Source: Hyalangium minutum (GTDB taxonomy: Bacteria; Myxococcota; Myxococcia; Myxococcales; Myxococcaceae). Taken from it: a DNA stretch of 64,000 bases. The notes below the pieces were generated by a model, which worked only from the letters and a program-made list of their open reading frames with translations, did not search any database and was not told the DNA's origin. Position numbers and translations under genes: made by a program. This document shows, piece after piece, positions 1 to 12,100 of this stretch. The stretch's first letter is position 1. Every line of letters begins with the position of its first letter. The stretch is taken from assembly GCF_000737315.1 (NCBI RefSeq), contig NZ_JMCB01000003.1, forward strand, positions 248,001 through 312,000, in the 5' to 3' direction.

Positions 1-116
1 CCCAGGCGAAGCTGATGGAGCGGCTGCGTCAGGAGATCTCGGTCCGTCGCTACCCGGAGCGGCTCAAGCTGGCAGAGGAGAAGAGCAAGCCCCAGGGCGA
101 GGGGGAGGCGAGATGA
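1..116 (+). CDS. 3' end of an upstream gene (partial), translationally coupled to the Rhs gene
   Basis: Open frame from position 3 (QAKLMERLRQEISVRRYPERLKLAEEKSKPQGEGEAR*) ends in TGA 114-116, overlapping the ATG at 113-115 (ATGA). Codons are strongly GC3-biased. Confidence 0.7.
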   Translation, partial: QAKLMERLRQEISVRRYPERLKLAEEKSKPQGEGEAR

Positions 117-3100
117 TCCGCCGCGCTCCGCGATGGCTGTGGCTCGTGCTGGGGCTGGTGACACTGGCCACGGCGTGCGACCGGCGCTCCAGCGAGGAGC
201 CCGCGTCCGCCGCGCCGCCCGCGCAGGCTGCTCAACAGGCACAGGCGCTGTCCGGAAGCACGTGCGACAGCGTGGCTCCCACCGGCATGGCGCCGGGGTG
301 GAAGGTGGCGCCGATCCAGGCTGCGGGCCAGAACGTCGCGAGCACGATCTTCCCGGCGTCCGTCGGTGAGCGGGCGATCCTGATCCTGCAGGAGTCGGCG
401 GAGGCGCTGAATCAGGAGTTCAAGACGGAGGCCTCCCTCAACGGTGTGGACTGGGTGGCCATCTCCCGGCAGAGGCCGCTGGCGGCGCGGGTGGTGCAGC
501 TGAGTGCCTCGAACCGGCTGGAGCTGGAGACGAACGGAGGCGTGGCACGGACGTCCGTGGCGGCGCTGTCGCCGCTGCCGTGCGCGGCGGTGGAGGCACG
601 CGTGACGCACGCGGGAGGCTCGGCCGCCACCGTGGAGACGCGCACCTTCACATGGCCCATGGGAGCAGGCCCGGCCCTGCTGGTGGTGGAGTCGGGCAGT
701 GCGTCGCAGGTGACGGGGCGGGTGGTGCTGGGCAGCCTGACGGTGCAGGTGCCGGCCGCAGGCCAGCTCCCCGTGGTGGAGGTGGTGTCGCCGCAGGCGA
801 GCAACACGCTGCGAGTCGAGGTGGGAGGCAGCGCGGGCGCGTGGGTCCGGGCAGTGGTGGTGGAGCCGGACATGTTGCCGCCCATCGTGAGCATGGGGCA
901 GCCCGCGGAGGGCGCGCAGCTGAACGCCTCGCCGGTGGAGGTCCAGGGCACCGCGGGAGCCGGGGCGGTGGCCGTGAAGGTGGGGGCGGTGGACGCGGTG
1001 CTGTCGCAAGGCCAGTACACGGCGCAGGTGCCGCTGGTGGAGGGGCCCAACGCGCTGGTGGCCGAGGTGAGAGACCAGTGCGGCAACGTGGCGCGAGTGT
1101 GCCGGCCGGTGGTGCTGACGACGGCGCCGCCCACCGTTGTTATCGAGGGAGTTACTGACGGCCAGGTCTCGCGCGAGCCACTGCACCCCACGTGGACGGT
1201 GACGAGCAGCGGCCCGGTCACGGTGGAGGCGACGCTGGATGGCGCGCCCTTCGTCGGCGGCACGGCTGTAACGGCCGAGGGCTCGCACGAGCTGCGGGTC
1301 ATGGTGCGGGACGCGGCGGGCCGGGAGGCGCAGGCGCAGGTGGGCTTCGCGATCGACACCACACCGCCGCGACTCACGCTGACAGGAGTGGAAGAGGGGG
1401 AGCGGCGCAATACTCCGGCGGTGCTCGGCTTCACGGTGGAGGAGGAGCACCCGGGCTCGGTGGAGGCCACCCTGGATGGGGCTCCCATGGCCTCGGGGGA
1501 CACGGTCTCGGCGGAGGGCGCGCATGTGTGGACGGTGGCGGCCACGGACGCGGCGGGCAACCGGTCCGAGGTGCAGCGCCACTTCGTGGTGGATGTGACG
1601 GCTCCCACGCTGGAGGTGCTCTCACCCGCGCCGGGCAGCTTCACCCAGGCGGGCTCCGTCGAGGTGGTGGTGGCGGCGGCGGATGACGGGCCGGTGGCGG
1701 GCGTGTGGCTGGGGAACGCGGAGCTGACGCTCGGCACGGACGGGAAGTACCGGAGCCTGGTGGTGTTGGAGGAGGGCAGCAACCTGCTGGTGCTGGTGGC
1801 TCGGGATGCGGCGGGCAACAGCGCGCAGAGCTCGCTGGCCGTGACGCGGGACTCCACGCCGCCCCAGCTCACCCTCACCACCCCGGCCGAGGGCGCGAAG
1901 GTGGCGGGGGACTCGGTGCAGGTGGAGGGACAGGCGCAGGACACCACGCCGCTCACGGTGCGCGTGGCGGGGATGACCGCGGCGGTCGCGGCGGATGGTC
2001 ACTTCCAGCTCTCGGTGGCCGTGGCGCAGGGCCCTGTCTCCCTGGAGGTGGTGGCCACGGATGCGGCGGGGAACACCGCGCGTCTGGTGCGCGGCATCCG
2101 CGTCAACACCACGCCCCCGAGGTTGGATCTGACGGCACCGGCCTCGGGCACGGTCACCGAGGAGTCCTCCATCGAGGTGTCCGGCTTCGCGAGGGCGGCG
2201 GATCGCACGGACACGGTGCGGGTAGAGGTGGCGGGAACCGAGCACGGTGTGAGGGCGGATGGCAGCTTCTCGGTGCAGGTGCCGCTGGAGGTGGGCCTGA
2301 ACACCGTGTCCGTCACGGCGGTGGATGGCTATGGCCTGCGCACCCCGCGCACCGTGCGGGTGGAGCGCCAGGGGCCTCAGGGGCCCGGTCCTGGAGATGG
2401 AGGCTCGGGAGACGGTTCGGGAGGCGGCACGGACGGAGGCTCGGGGGAAGACACCCCGGATGCAGGCAGCGGAGCGCCGGATGCGGGCTCGCCCGGTCCC
2501 GTGCCGGATGGCGGCATCCCGAGCGAGCCTCCGGTGCTGGTGCTGGCCTCGCCCCAGGAGAACAGCCTCTGGGGTGTGGAGCGGGTGTCGGTGCTGGGCC
2601 GTGTGGAGGGCGGAGACCTGCCGCTGCAGGTGACGGTGGATGGACTGCCAGCCGCGGTGACGGGGCGCCAGTTCTCCGCATCGGTGGCGCTGCCTGAAGG
2701 CTCCTCGATGCTGCACGTGCGCGCCGTGGACGCGCTGGGCCGGATCGCCGAGGTGCGGCGGCAGGTGAGGGTGGATCAGACACCGCCCTTCTTGGAAGTG
2801 ACGCGGCCGGAGCAGCCGTCGACGACCGTGAGCGAATCCCCATACCTGGTGGAGGGCCTCGCGGGAGACGCGTACCTCGCGGGCGTCACGGTGAACGGGG
2901 CGCCGGTGATGGTGCTGGCCGGGCACTTCTCGTCCTCGGTGGCCCTGGTCGCGGGAGACAACACCGTGGAGGTGGAGGCGGTGGATCTCGCGGGTAACCG
3001 CTCGCGCGCCGTCCGGACCTTGCGGGTGGAAGCGCTGCCGCCTCAGCTGACCGTGCTGGAGCCGGTCGATGGCTCGGAGGCCACCGAGCCGGTGGTGAGG

Positions 3101-6100
3101 GTGACGGTGAAGGTCGAGTCCTCCGCGCCGCTCGACGAGGTGCGCATCGGCACGGGCATCGCGGCGAACCTGGGCTCGGGCCAGTACACGGCCCAGGTGC
3201 CGCTGGCGCTGGGAGAGAACGTCATCCCCGTGAGCGCGCGGGACACGCTGGGGATGACGGGCTCGGCCACCGTGCGCGTGCGCTACCGCGATCCGAGCAC
3301 TGAGCCGTTGACCGTGACGGGGGTGGATCCCTCGGATCAGGCCACGGAGCTGGAGCCGGACACGCTGGTGAACGTGGCCTTCAACAAGGCCGTGAAGCCT
3401 GCGTCGGTGCGGGCGGGCTTCACGGTGAGCGTGGAAGGGCAGCCGCTGGCGGGCGGCTGGTCCGTCGCGCACGGAGCACAGATCGTCTCCTTCATTGCGC
3501 GCGATCCGCTGCCGGAGGGCGCCACGCTGCAGGTACGGGTAGCGGGCGTGGAGCCGGTGCAGGGGCCGGGGATGCAGGGCGAGTTCCGCAGCATGTTCAC
3601 GGTGCGCCGTCCACTGACCCGGCTGCGCGGCCAGGTGGTGGACGCGCGGCGCGAGCCCGTGTCCGGCGTACGGGTGGAGGTGGAGGGCCAGGGCCTCTTC
3701 ACGCGCACGGGAGCGGACGGCAACTGGGCCCTCTTTGGGGTGCAGCCGGGGCAGGTGGTGCTGCGCTACGAGGGAGGCGCCTCCTCGGAAGGGCAGGTCT
3801 TCCCCACGGTCCGCCGGCGGTTCGCCGTGGAGGCCGAGCGGGACAATGAGGAGTCCACCGTGGTGCTGACGCCCGTGGACGCCGAGTCCGCGGAGCCGGT
3901 GGATACCTCCCTGCCGCTGCACCTCACCTTTGGGGGGAGGCATGGGGCGCTGGAGGTGGACATCCCCGCGGGGGGGCTCATTCTCGAAGGAGGATCGACG
4001 CGCGGCCTGGTGACGCTCACGCAGCTGCCGCTCCACTCGCTCCCGGTGCCCACGGAAGGCGCCTTGCGCCCGGTGGTGGTGTGGCAGCTCCAGCCCGCCG
4101 GGACGCGCCTGGTGCGGCCGGTGGTGCTCCGCCTGCCCAATCGGCTGAGTGCGCCGCCCGGCAGCCGGGCCGCGCTGTTCACGTATGATCCCGAGGCGCA
4201 CCGGCTGCACATCGCGGGGCTGGCCACGCTCAGCGCGGATGGCACACAGCTCGTGTCGGACGGTGTGCTCGAGGCCGGCTCGCTGGAGTACTTCGGCTAC
4301 CTGCCGCTGCCCGAGGAGTCCTCCGTCGCGCGGGCCGGGGCCGTCTCTCCCCGTGTGGCGAACCTGGGCCCGCTGCCCCGGCCACCGTCTGACGGGCTCA
4401 TCCGCCCGCTGACCCAGGGCTTCGGGCTGGATCCTGGCAGCGCGCTCGCCATCTGGGACTCCTACCAGCCCTTCATCGCTCCCGCCGCCGTCATGGGGAC
4501 GGTCCGAGGGCCTCGCGAGCAGGCGGTGGCCCTCGATCTCTCCTCGCCGAGCCTGGGCGAGTCGCGGCGGGTGGCGTTGGATTCGCAGCTGCGCTACCGG
4601 ATGCCGCTCTCGGTTCAGGCCCGCTCGCTCTATCCCCTCTCGAGCAGTGGCCGGGATTCGCTCGTGCTGGCCCTCGAGGGCGTGGGCCCCGAGGGACAAC
4701 GGCTGGGGCCGCCCAGCGGGGGCTCCTGGCGGCAGGAGAGCCCCCAGGGGCAGCGCGCGGAGCTGTCCACGCAGGTCGAACTCTCGCTCGGGACCAGCTC
4801 GCTCTGGGCCACGGGCACCACGGCGCGCGGACGCAACGTACTCCGGCTGAACGCCGAGCTGTCCCTGGCGGATGGAGGCGTACCGGATGGGGGCGCGACC
4901 TCGGGATTGCTGCGCGTCCAGCGGGGGGATGGAGGCTCGGCAGGAGGGGAGGACAGTGAGGGACTGGTCCGCTTCGCGGGCATGCCTGTCCGGGTGACCG
5001 ATGGCTGGCACGAAGGAGGGTCGATCTCCGGCCCGGCGGGCCGGTATGCCGCCTCGATCATCATGCTCCAGTCCTCCTGGATCCCTCCCGCGTCGGTCCT
5101 GGCCTGTGTTCGCCTGCCCATCGGATGGAACGTCCAGAGCTGGGTGGCGTGGGATGGCCGTGTCCGCACGCGCAAGGCCCCCTCCACCGCGGAGGAGTGC
5201 TCGGGCCCCTGGGAAGTCCTGGCCTGGCCTTCGCCCATCATCCCCGACATCGACGTGCTCGTGGATGTGCGGTGGTTGCACGGCAACATCACGTTCGTGG
5301 ATCGGCAGGGCGAGCCGCTCCCGCCGCCGTGCAGCGACTTGGTGGTGCGCCAGGGCACCGAGGTGACCGGGCTGTCGCAAGACGCCGTGCGGAGCACGGA
5401 GGTTCACTTCTTCCGGGAGGATAATCTCTCCACCCCCATCGTCAGCTACGCCGTCGCGGATCCCGAGCAGTGTGACTCGTATCCGGGGGCCCCGCATGGC
5501 CGCTATGCCAAGGTCCGCTACGGTCCCTCCACCCTGAGCCGCGTGGCCTCGCGCCGCGACAGCCAGCGGTTGCTCCCGGGGGACCGGCTGGTGGTGTTCG
5601 CCGTCAACCATGCCACGGGCTATTCGGGCATGGAGGTCGTCACCGTTCCCTCCGTCAACCAATCCTCTCGCGCCGAGGATGGGAGCTGCCCGGCGGATGA
5701 CGCCGCGGGCGGCCCGATGGCCGTGCAAGATGGGAGTCGCACGGTCTCCGTCTCTCGCTGCACGCTGCAGGATCTCGGCATCGAGGCGGATCTCAAGCTG
5801 TACCCGCCGGAGATCGACGTGCGTGTGGAGCGCCAGTCTCGGGCCGAGGGATCTTCCCAGGAGGCCCTGGAGCCCAGCCTTGTCCGCCATAAGGGCGCGG
5901 CCACGACGCGGGACAACTTCGTGAGCGTTGCCACGCACTGGCGCGTCCGGCGCCAGCCCGCGCGCTCGTGGGATCCGGGGGTGTTGCCTCCCGTGAATTC
6001 TTCCTGCGAGGGCGGGAGCCAGGCGGCTGGAAGCACCTGTGCGCCCCAGATCCTCCTGGACGAGGGCCCGCGAGGCACATGGGCGGAGCACTACTGCGGG

Positions 6101-9100
6101 GAACTTCCCGAGCCGCGGACCCCCGAGCAGCAGGCCCTCTGCCTGAAGGATGACCGCGAGCTGGCGGAGGTTCCGGTGGGGGTACCGCCCCTGGCTGGGC
6201 GCGTGGTGCGCATCACTGGCTCGGCGGTGGAGGAGCCAGCGGTGGCGAGCTTCCACGTGGCCCCGGGCCGCTCCACGACGACCGTGCAGACAGCGCTGCG
6301 GCGAGTGGAGCGGGACGGGCGCGAGGTGGTGCTCAACAACCTGACGCGTGCCTACTACTACGTGCAGGTGGTGGGGCACCCCGTGCTCCCGCGGGATCGC
6401 AACAGCGATGGCACGCTGGATCCCTCGGAGGAGAACGCGCCGCCGCCCGACTTCGAGGATGATGAGGACGCCCCGGGGATTCCCGAGGGAGTCGTCACGC
6501 TGAAGAGCGTCTACCGGAGCGTGGAGCCCGAGGGGCGCATCGAGCGCTACGATCGAGCGCTCGAGCACGAGTTCCGGGTGATGGAAGTGGGCTCCTCCCG
6601 GGTCACGGCACGGACGGAGCGGGGCGAGGAGCGCCCGCTGCCCCAGCCGGGGCAGCCTCCGTCGTCTGCGGCCGCCAGCCCGGAGGACGTGGCCTATCAG
6701 TTCCTGCTCAATCTGCTGGAGCCAGAAGATCCGGGGCGGACGGGGCCGCCGAGCAGCCAGTACGTGCTGCGGCTGGGCACGGACTCCTTCGGCATCGAGT
6801 GCCCCATCGAGCTGAACGCCTCGGCGGGCACGCTGCGTGGCACGTGCGAGGGCGAGTACCTGCCGGAGGTGCTGAGCGCGGGGGATGTGCTCTACCTCGA
6901 GGTGTACTTGCGCGGTAACGCGGAGAACGTGCTGTACCGCTTCAACTTCGACGGTCTGTCCATGCGGGAGGACTACCTGGGGGCCTCCAGCCGGTTCACC
7001 GCCCACCGCGCGGTGGAGCAGCAGAATGGCAAGCCCGTGGAGGATCGGCCGATCTCCCGGCTGAACGAGGCGCACTTCTTCCTCTCGCCTCACGAGCTCA
7101 GCTCAGGACGGATCCGGCTCTGCACCAACGCGGAGTGCTCGGGCGACGGGGCGGTCATCAAGGACGCCACCGTCTTGTGGACGGCGGCGGGCTCCTACGC
7201 GGTGAGCGAGCAGGCGACGGGCAGTGCTCCGGGGCGGCTGGTCCAGGAGGTCACGTCAGGCGCAGGGAACGCGCGCCACCTTCGGCTGGGACTGCCTGCC
7301 TCGGTGACGGCGATGCCGGGGATCGCGGCGGCGGGCGCGGGGATCTTCCTGGTCAAGGACAGCGAGTCTCCGCCACGAGCGCGGCAGGTGGAGCGCCTGG
7401 GAACGCCGAAGGGACGCTTCCAGGGGCTGAACGCGCAGGCGCCGGGCCAGGAGGCCGTGGCGGGCATCAATGTGGCGGATCTGCACCTGGCCCTGACGCA
7501 CACGGACTTCGCGGTGCCGCAGCTCGCGGGAGAGGTCTCCTTCTCCAGGACCTATGCCAACCAGAACGATCTGCCCTCGCCCATGGGCGTGGGCTGGAGG
7601 CACGAGCTGGACGGCTTCGTGCTCGAGGAGAGCCTCGGCCGCTATGTCGTGAACCTGGGTGGGCAGGCCTGGGGCTTCATCCGGTGCACCACCGTGGATG
7701 AGGAAGCGCAGACCGCCAGCGGGTGCATGACGGACAAGACCCACGGCATGTCGCTGAAGGTTGACAGCGAGGGCGTCCAGCTCACCACGGAGCAGGGGAG
7801 TGTGTACCGGTTCAACCGGCCGGCGGTGAAGCGGGACCAGGAGGGCCGGCGCAAGTGGCTGCTGACCAAGTTCCACGATGGCCATGGCCGAGGCGAGCAG
7901 GACGGGTGGACGCACCTCACCTATGCCGAGGGCACCAACCGGCTCACGCAAGCGAAGCGCACGCCTGGGGAGCTGTCGCTGGAGCTCAAGTACTGCGAGG
8001 ACTTCTCCCGCGAGGACTGCGATGGCGTGGCGCCGGACGCGCCTGGCAACCTCAAGTTCCTGGCGCGCAGCGAGGGCTTCAAGCTGCTGAAGGGCGTGGT
8101 TCTCAAGAACAGCCAGGGCCAGGAGCTGCACATCGTGCGCTTCAAGCACGACCGGTGGGGCAACCTGCTGGAGGCCGAGCGCACCACGGATCCGCCCACG
8201 CAGAAGTGGAAGTACACCTACGCGCCCATTGCCGATGACGTGCCGTCCATGATGGCCTGGCGTGCCATCAATGAGCTGTCCGAGGCTCGCCTCGAGGTGG
8301 CTGGTCATCCCCAGTGGGTCGCCACCTACGGGCGCGGCGGCGCCGAGTGCTATGCGCACCTCGAGGCCTTCGAGTGTGTGAGCTCGGTGACGCAGACAGG
8401 CTTCATGGGCAACGTCCTTCAGGTGCAGGGCGAGGCGGGCCATCGCCAGCTCAAGCTCCCCACGGGGAACTCCGCGGAGGTGTCACTCAATGAGTATGGG
8501 AACGTCACCTCCTCGGCGTCGGAGGGGCAGGCGGCGCGGCGGCTGACGTGGCCCAGCTCCCAGCGCGGGGGCGAGGTGCGGCTGGAGAAGTCAGTCTCTC
8601 CGAGCGGCCGGACCCTGCGCTATGGCACGGATCACCAGCTGCGCCTGGACGAGGTGAAGCTGGAGGGGAGCTCGGACGTGGTGGGGCTCGAAGCGGGGGC
8701 GCTCGTCTCCGTGTTGGCACGCGATGCCCGGGGCTTGCCTACCTCGGGGAAGCTGTCCACGGCCAATGGTCCGGCCGAGTGGTCCATGCCCCGCTCTCAG
8801 TCGGGGGACGTGCTGGGCCTCTCACTGGGGGGCACGCAGCTCTTCTCGCGGGTCACGGACGAGGAGGGCCGGATCACCTCGGAGCGGGATGCGCTGGGCA
8901 ATACGACCACGTTCACGTTTGGCGCGTTGGGGTTGCCTGTCAGGATCCAGGTGTCCTCGGACTCCGCGACGTCGGGGCTCGTCCGCTACACGCTGGTGCT
9001 GGAGTACGACGCCTATGGGCGTCTGATCCGCCGCTTCAATGAGACGACGGGCGAAGCGGAGTCCTGGCGTTACGACGGCCAGGGCAACATGCTCGAGCAC

Positions 9101-12100
9101 ACGCTCACGGGGGAGCCGTCCGAACGGTGGACGTACACCTATACGTACGGCGATCAGCGGCTCACCGTGGTGGAGCGCCTGGAAGGCACGGCCTACACCC
9201 GCACCGCCCTCTTCGAGCAGGGGCTGCTGAAGAGCGAGCAGCTCAGCTACGGCACGGGCAACGCGTCACGTGCCTATGAGTACGAGGGCGGGCGGCTCAA
9301 GAAGAAGACAGACGAGCTGTCAGTCACCTGGGAATACACCTACGACAGCGCGGGCCGGCTGAAGGTGGTGAAAGCGAATGGCCGGACCGTGGAGTCCTAC
9401 GGGCTGGATGAGGACGGCATCCTCATCTCCACCACGGACCGCGAAGGGCACACCACCCAGATCGGCAACGACTCGCTGGGGAGACCCGTCTCGTGGACCT
9501 ATGAGGATGGGTACAAGGAGGAGGTGCGGCGGGATGCCCAGGGCGCCATCGTCTGGGAGAAGAAAATGTCTCCCGGCGCGGACAGAGCCCACGTCTTCGC
9601 TCAAGAGGTGGACGCGCTCGGACAGGTTCTGAGCCGCCGGAGCGCGGAAAATGGGAGCGGAGTGGAGATCGTCTCCACCTATGACGCCGCGGGGAGAGTG
9701 CGGACGCGAGAGGATCGGGGCAGGGGCCTGAACGAGTCCTTCGAGTATGGTGACGTGCTCGGAAGGCTGACGCGCTATCAGCGGACCGTGGCGTCCGCCG
9801 CGGGGAGCCAGAACTGGATCGAGACCCGTCAATACGTGGATGAAGGGGGCCGCACGGAGCTCCGCATCCTGCGCCAGATCGACACGGGTTTAGGGCCGCG
9901 GCAAGAGAACCAGGTCCTGGTGCTGGATGCGCTGGGGCGGGTGCTGAAGGACCAGCGTCTGGGTGCGGGGGTCTTCGAGTACACCTACGACGCGCGAGGC
10001 AACGTGCTGGAGCGTCGGCACTCCGTGCTGGGAACCACGTCGTATACCTACGACGGGTTGGGGAACCTGCTGTCGATGACGGAGCCGGGGGGCGTCACCA
10101 CCACGTACACGGTGGATGCGGCAGGCCGGGTGCTCACGCAGGAGGGGCCTCACGATCAGGAGCGGTGGACGTTCACCTACGATCTGTTCGACCGGCCGCT
10201 GACGCAGGTGCTGGCGCAGGCCGGGAGCTCGCCGCAGGCTGCGTGGAGCTTCGAGTATCCGGGGAATGGGATCGTCATTGAGACGGATCCTCTGAGTATC
10301 GCGACGACCCGGCGTTTCAACTCGCGCGAGCTGCTGCTCTCGGAGGAGCGAGGGAGCCAGACGGCGGAGTACGCCTACGATGGAACGTGGCCTCGCCTGC
10401 ACCTCATCTCCCATGAAGGTTCGGAGCGGAAGCTGACGCGGAGCTTCGATGACCTCGGGCGGCCGCTCCAGCAGGTGGAGTTCTGGAAACAGGGGGACCA
10501 CTCCTATACGTACAGCACGACCACGGCTTGGACGGGCAGGCGCGGGACTCGCCAGGAGCGGTGGGAGGCCACGGACGCGAGCGTCCGGACGCTCACGGCG
10601 ACGATCCGGGTGGACGGGCTGGGGAACCTCATCGAGCAGGAGCAGGGGGGCCTGACGGACGCTTGGGCCTACGATGCGGCCGGACTGTTGGCACGTGAGG
10701 CACTGGCGGGGCGTCCGGAAAAGCGCTTCTTCTACGAGCAGGATCGGCTCGTCCGGATGGAGAACGGCTCGGAGACGACGCTGTACGAGTATGACGCCGC
10801 GGGCCGGCAGTGGAAGGAGACGGATCCTTCGGGGCGCGAGCGCACGCGGGTCTACAACGCACAGGGCCTGGTGGCGAGCGAGCGCTTCGGAGCAGGGGAG
10901 ACGCTGGAGTCCGCGTACACTTACGATCGAGGCGGGGGCCTCCGGACGCTGACGCGTGGCGGGGCACAGTGGAACTTCACGCATGGGCCTCGGGGGGAAC
11001 TCCAGGCCGTCGAACTTCCGGGCGGGCTGGGGACCTTCACCTATCAATACGATGCCTTGCTGCAGCTCAAGGGGGTGACGCCTCCAGAGGGCGGGGGAGC
11101 AGCGGCACAGACCTTCGCGTATGACAACTGGGGCCGGCAGCTGCGCCGGACCCGAGGCTCCAGCGTCTGGTCCACGGCCTGGCAGGGCGGGTTGAGCACC
11201 ACGAGCGACCCGAATGGCGACGTGGTGGAGCAGCTCTACGACGGCCGCGGCCGCGTCGTGCGTGAGCGCTTCGCTCCCGGGAACAGCAGCCGGCCCTTCC
11301 ATGATCTGACAGCGGTGACGTACGCCTATGACGGGCTCGACCAGCTGCTGTTGGCGCAGGAGAGCCGCATCTCGGGAGCGGTCTCCAATGTGTATGACTA
11401 TGACGGGCGGAGCCGGCTGATCTCGATGCGGCGCGGCAGCGAGGAGATCTCATACACATACACGGAGAGCGGGCAGAAGCGGACGGTCACGTCTCCGTCC
11501 GGCACGTTGCGCTACGAATACGACGCGCAGGATCGGGTGCGGCGCATCGAGAGCAGCCAGGGGCCGGTGGTGGCGGTGGGCTGGGAGCCGGGAGGTCTGC
11601 TCTCGGAGGTCAGTGGCAACGGGGTGGTGGAGCGGTACGCGTATTGGGGCCATGGGCTCATCCGCTCCATCGCTTCGCAGTGGGACGGCCCCTCGGCGGG
11701 CACGCTGCGGTACGAGTACGGCTACGATGTGCGCGGCAACCGCCTGGAAGAGCGCTACACGGCACCGGGGGCCACGGCGTTCGAGGTGACGCAATTCGGG
11801 TACGACGCGGCGGACCGGCTGACCGGGGTGCGCTACCCCACAGGCGAGGCCGAACTCTACCTCCTGGCAGCTGACGGCTCGCGCCTGGAGGAGAAGCACC
11901 TGCAGGGGTACTCAGGGGGACTGACTCCCCAGGCGCTGGCCAACGCCACGAATGCCACCCAGCACTGGCGGTACGCGTATGACACCGCGGGAGGGCTGCA
12001 ACGCATTGATGACGTGTTGACGGGGGGCGTGGAAGCCCAGGTCACCACGGACGCGGGAGGCCGCGTCGTCGCGGAGATGCGAGGTGGCACCACGCGGCAG

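Noticed and set aside
1622-7093. 1823-aa minus-strand ORF (also 50..1582, 7256..8443 and 9890..11302)
   Set aside because: Antisense shadows of the GC3-biased Rhs gene; Arg/His/Gly-rich with no motifs.
3600-8800. Teneurin-like architecture for the Rhs protein
   Set aside because: A carboxypeptidase-regulatory-like domain precedes the YD shell, but I could not see NHL repeats; this needs a structure search.
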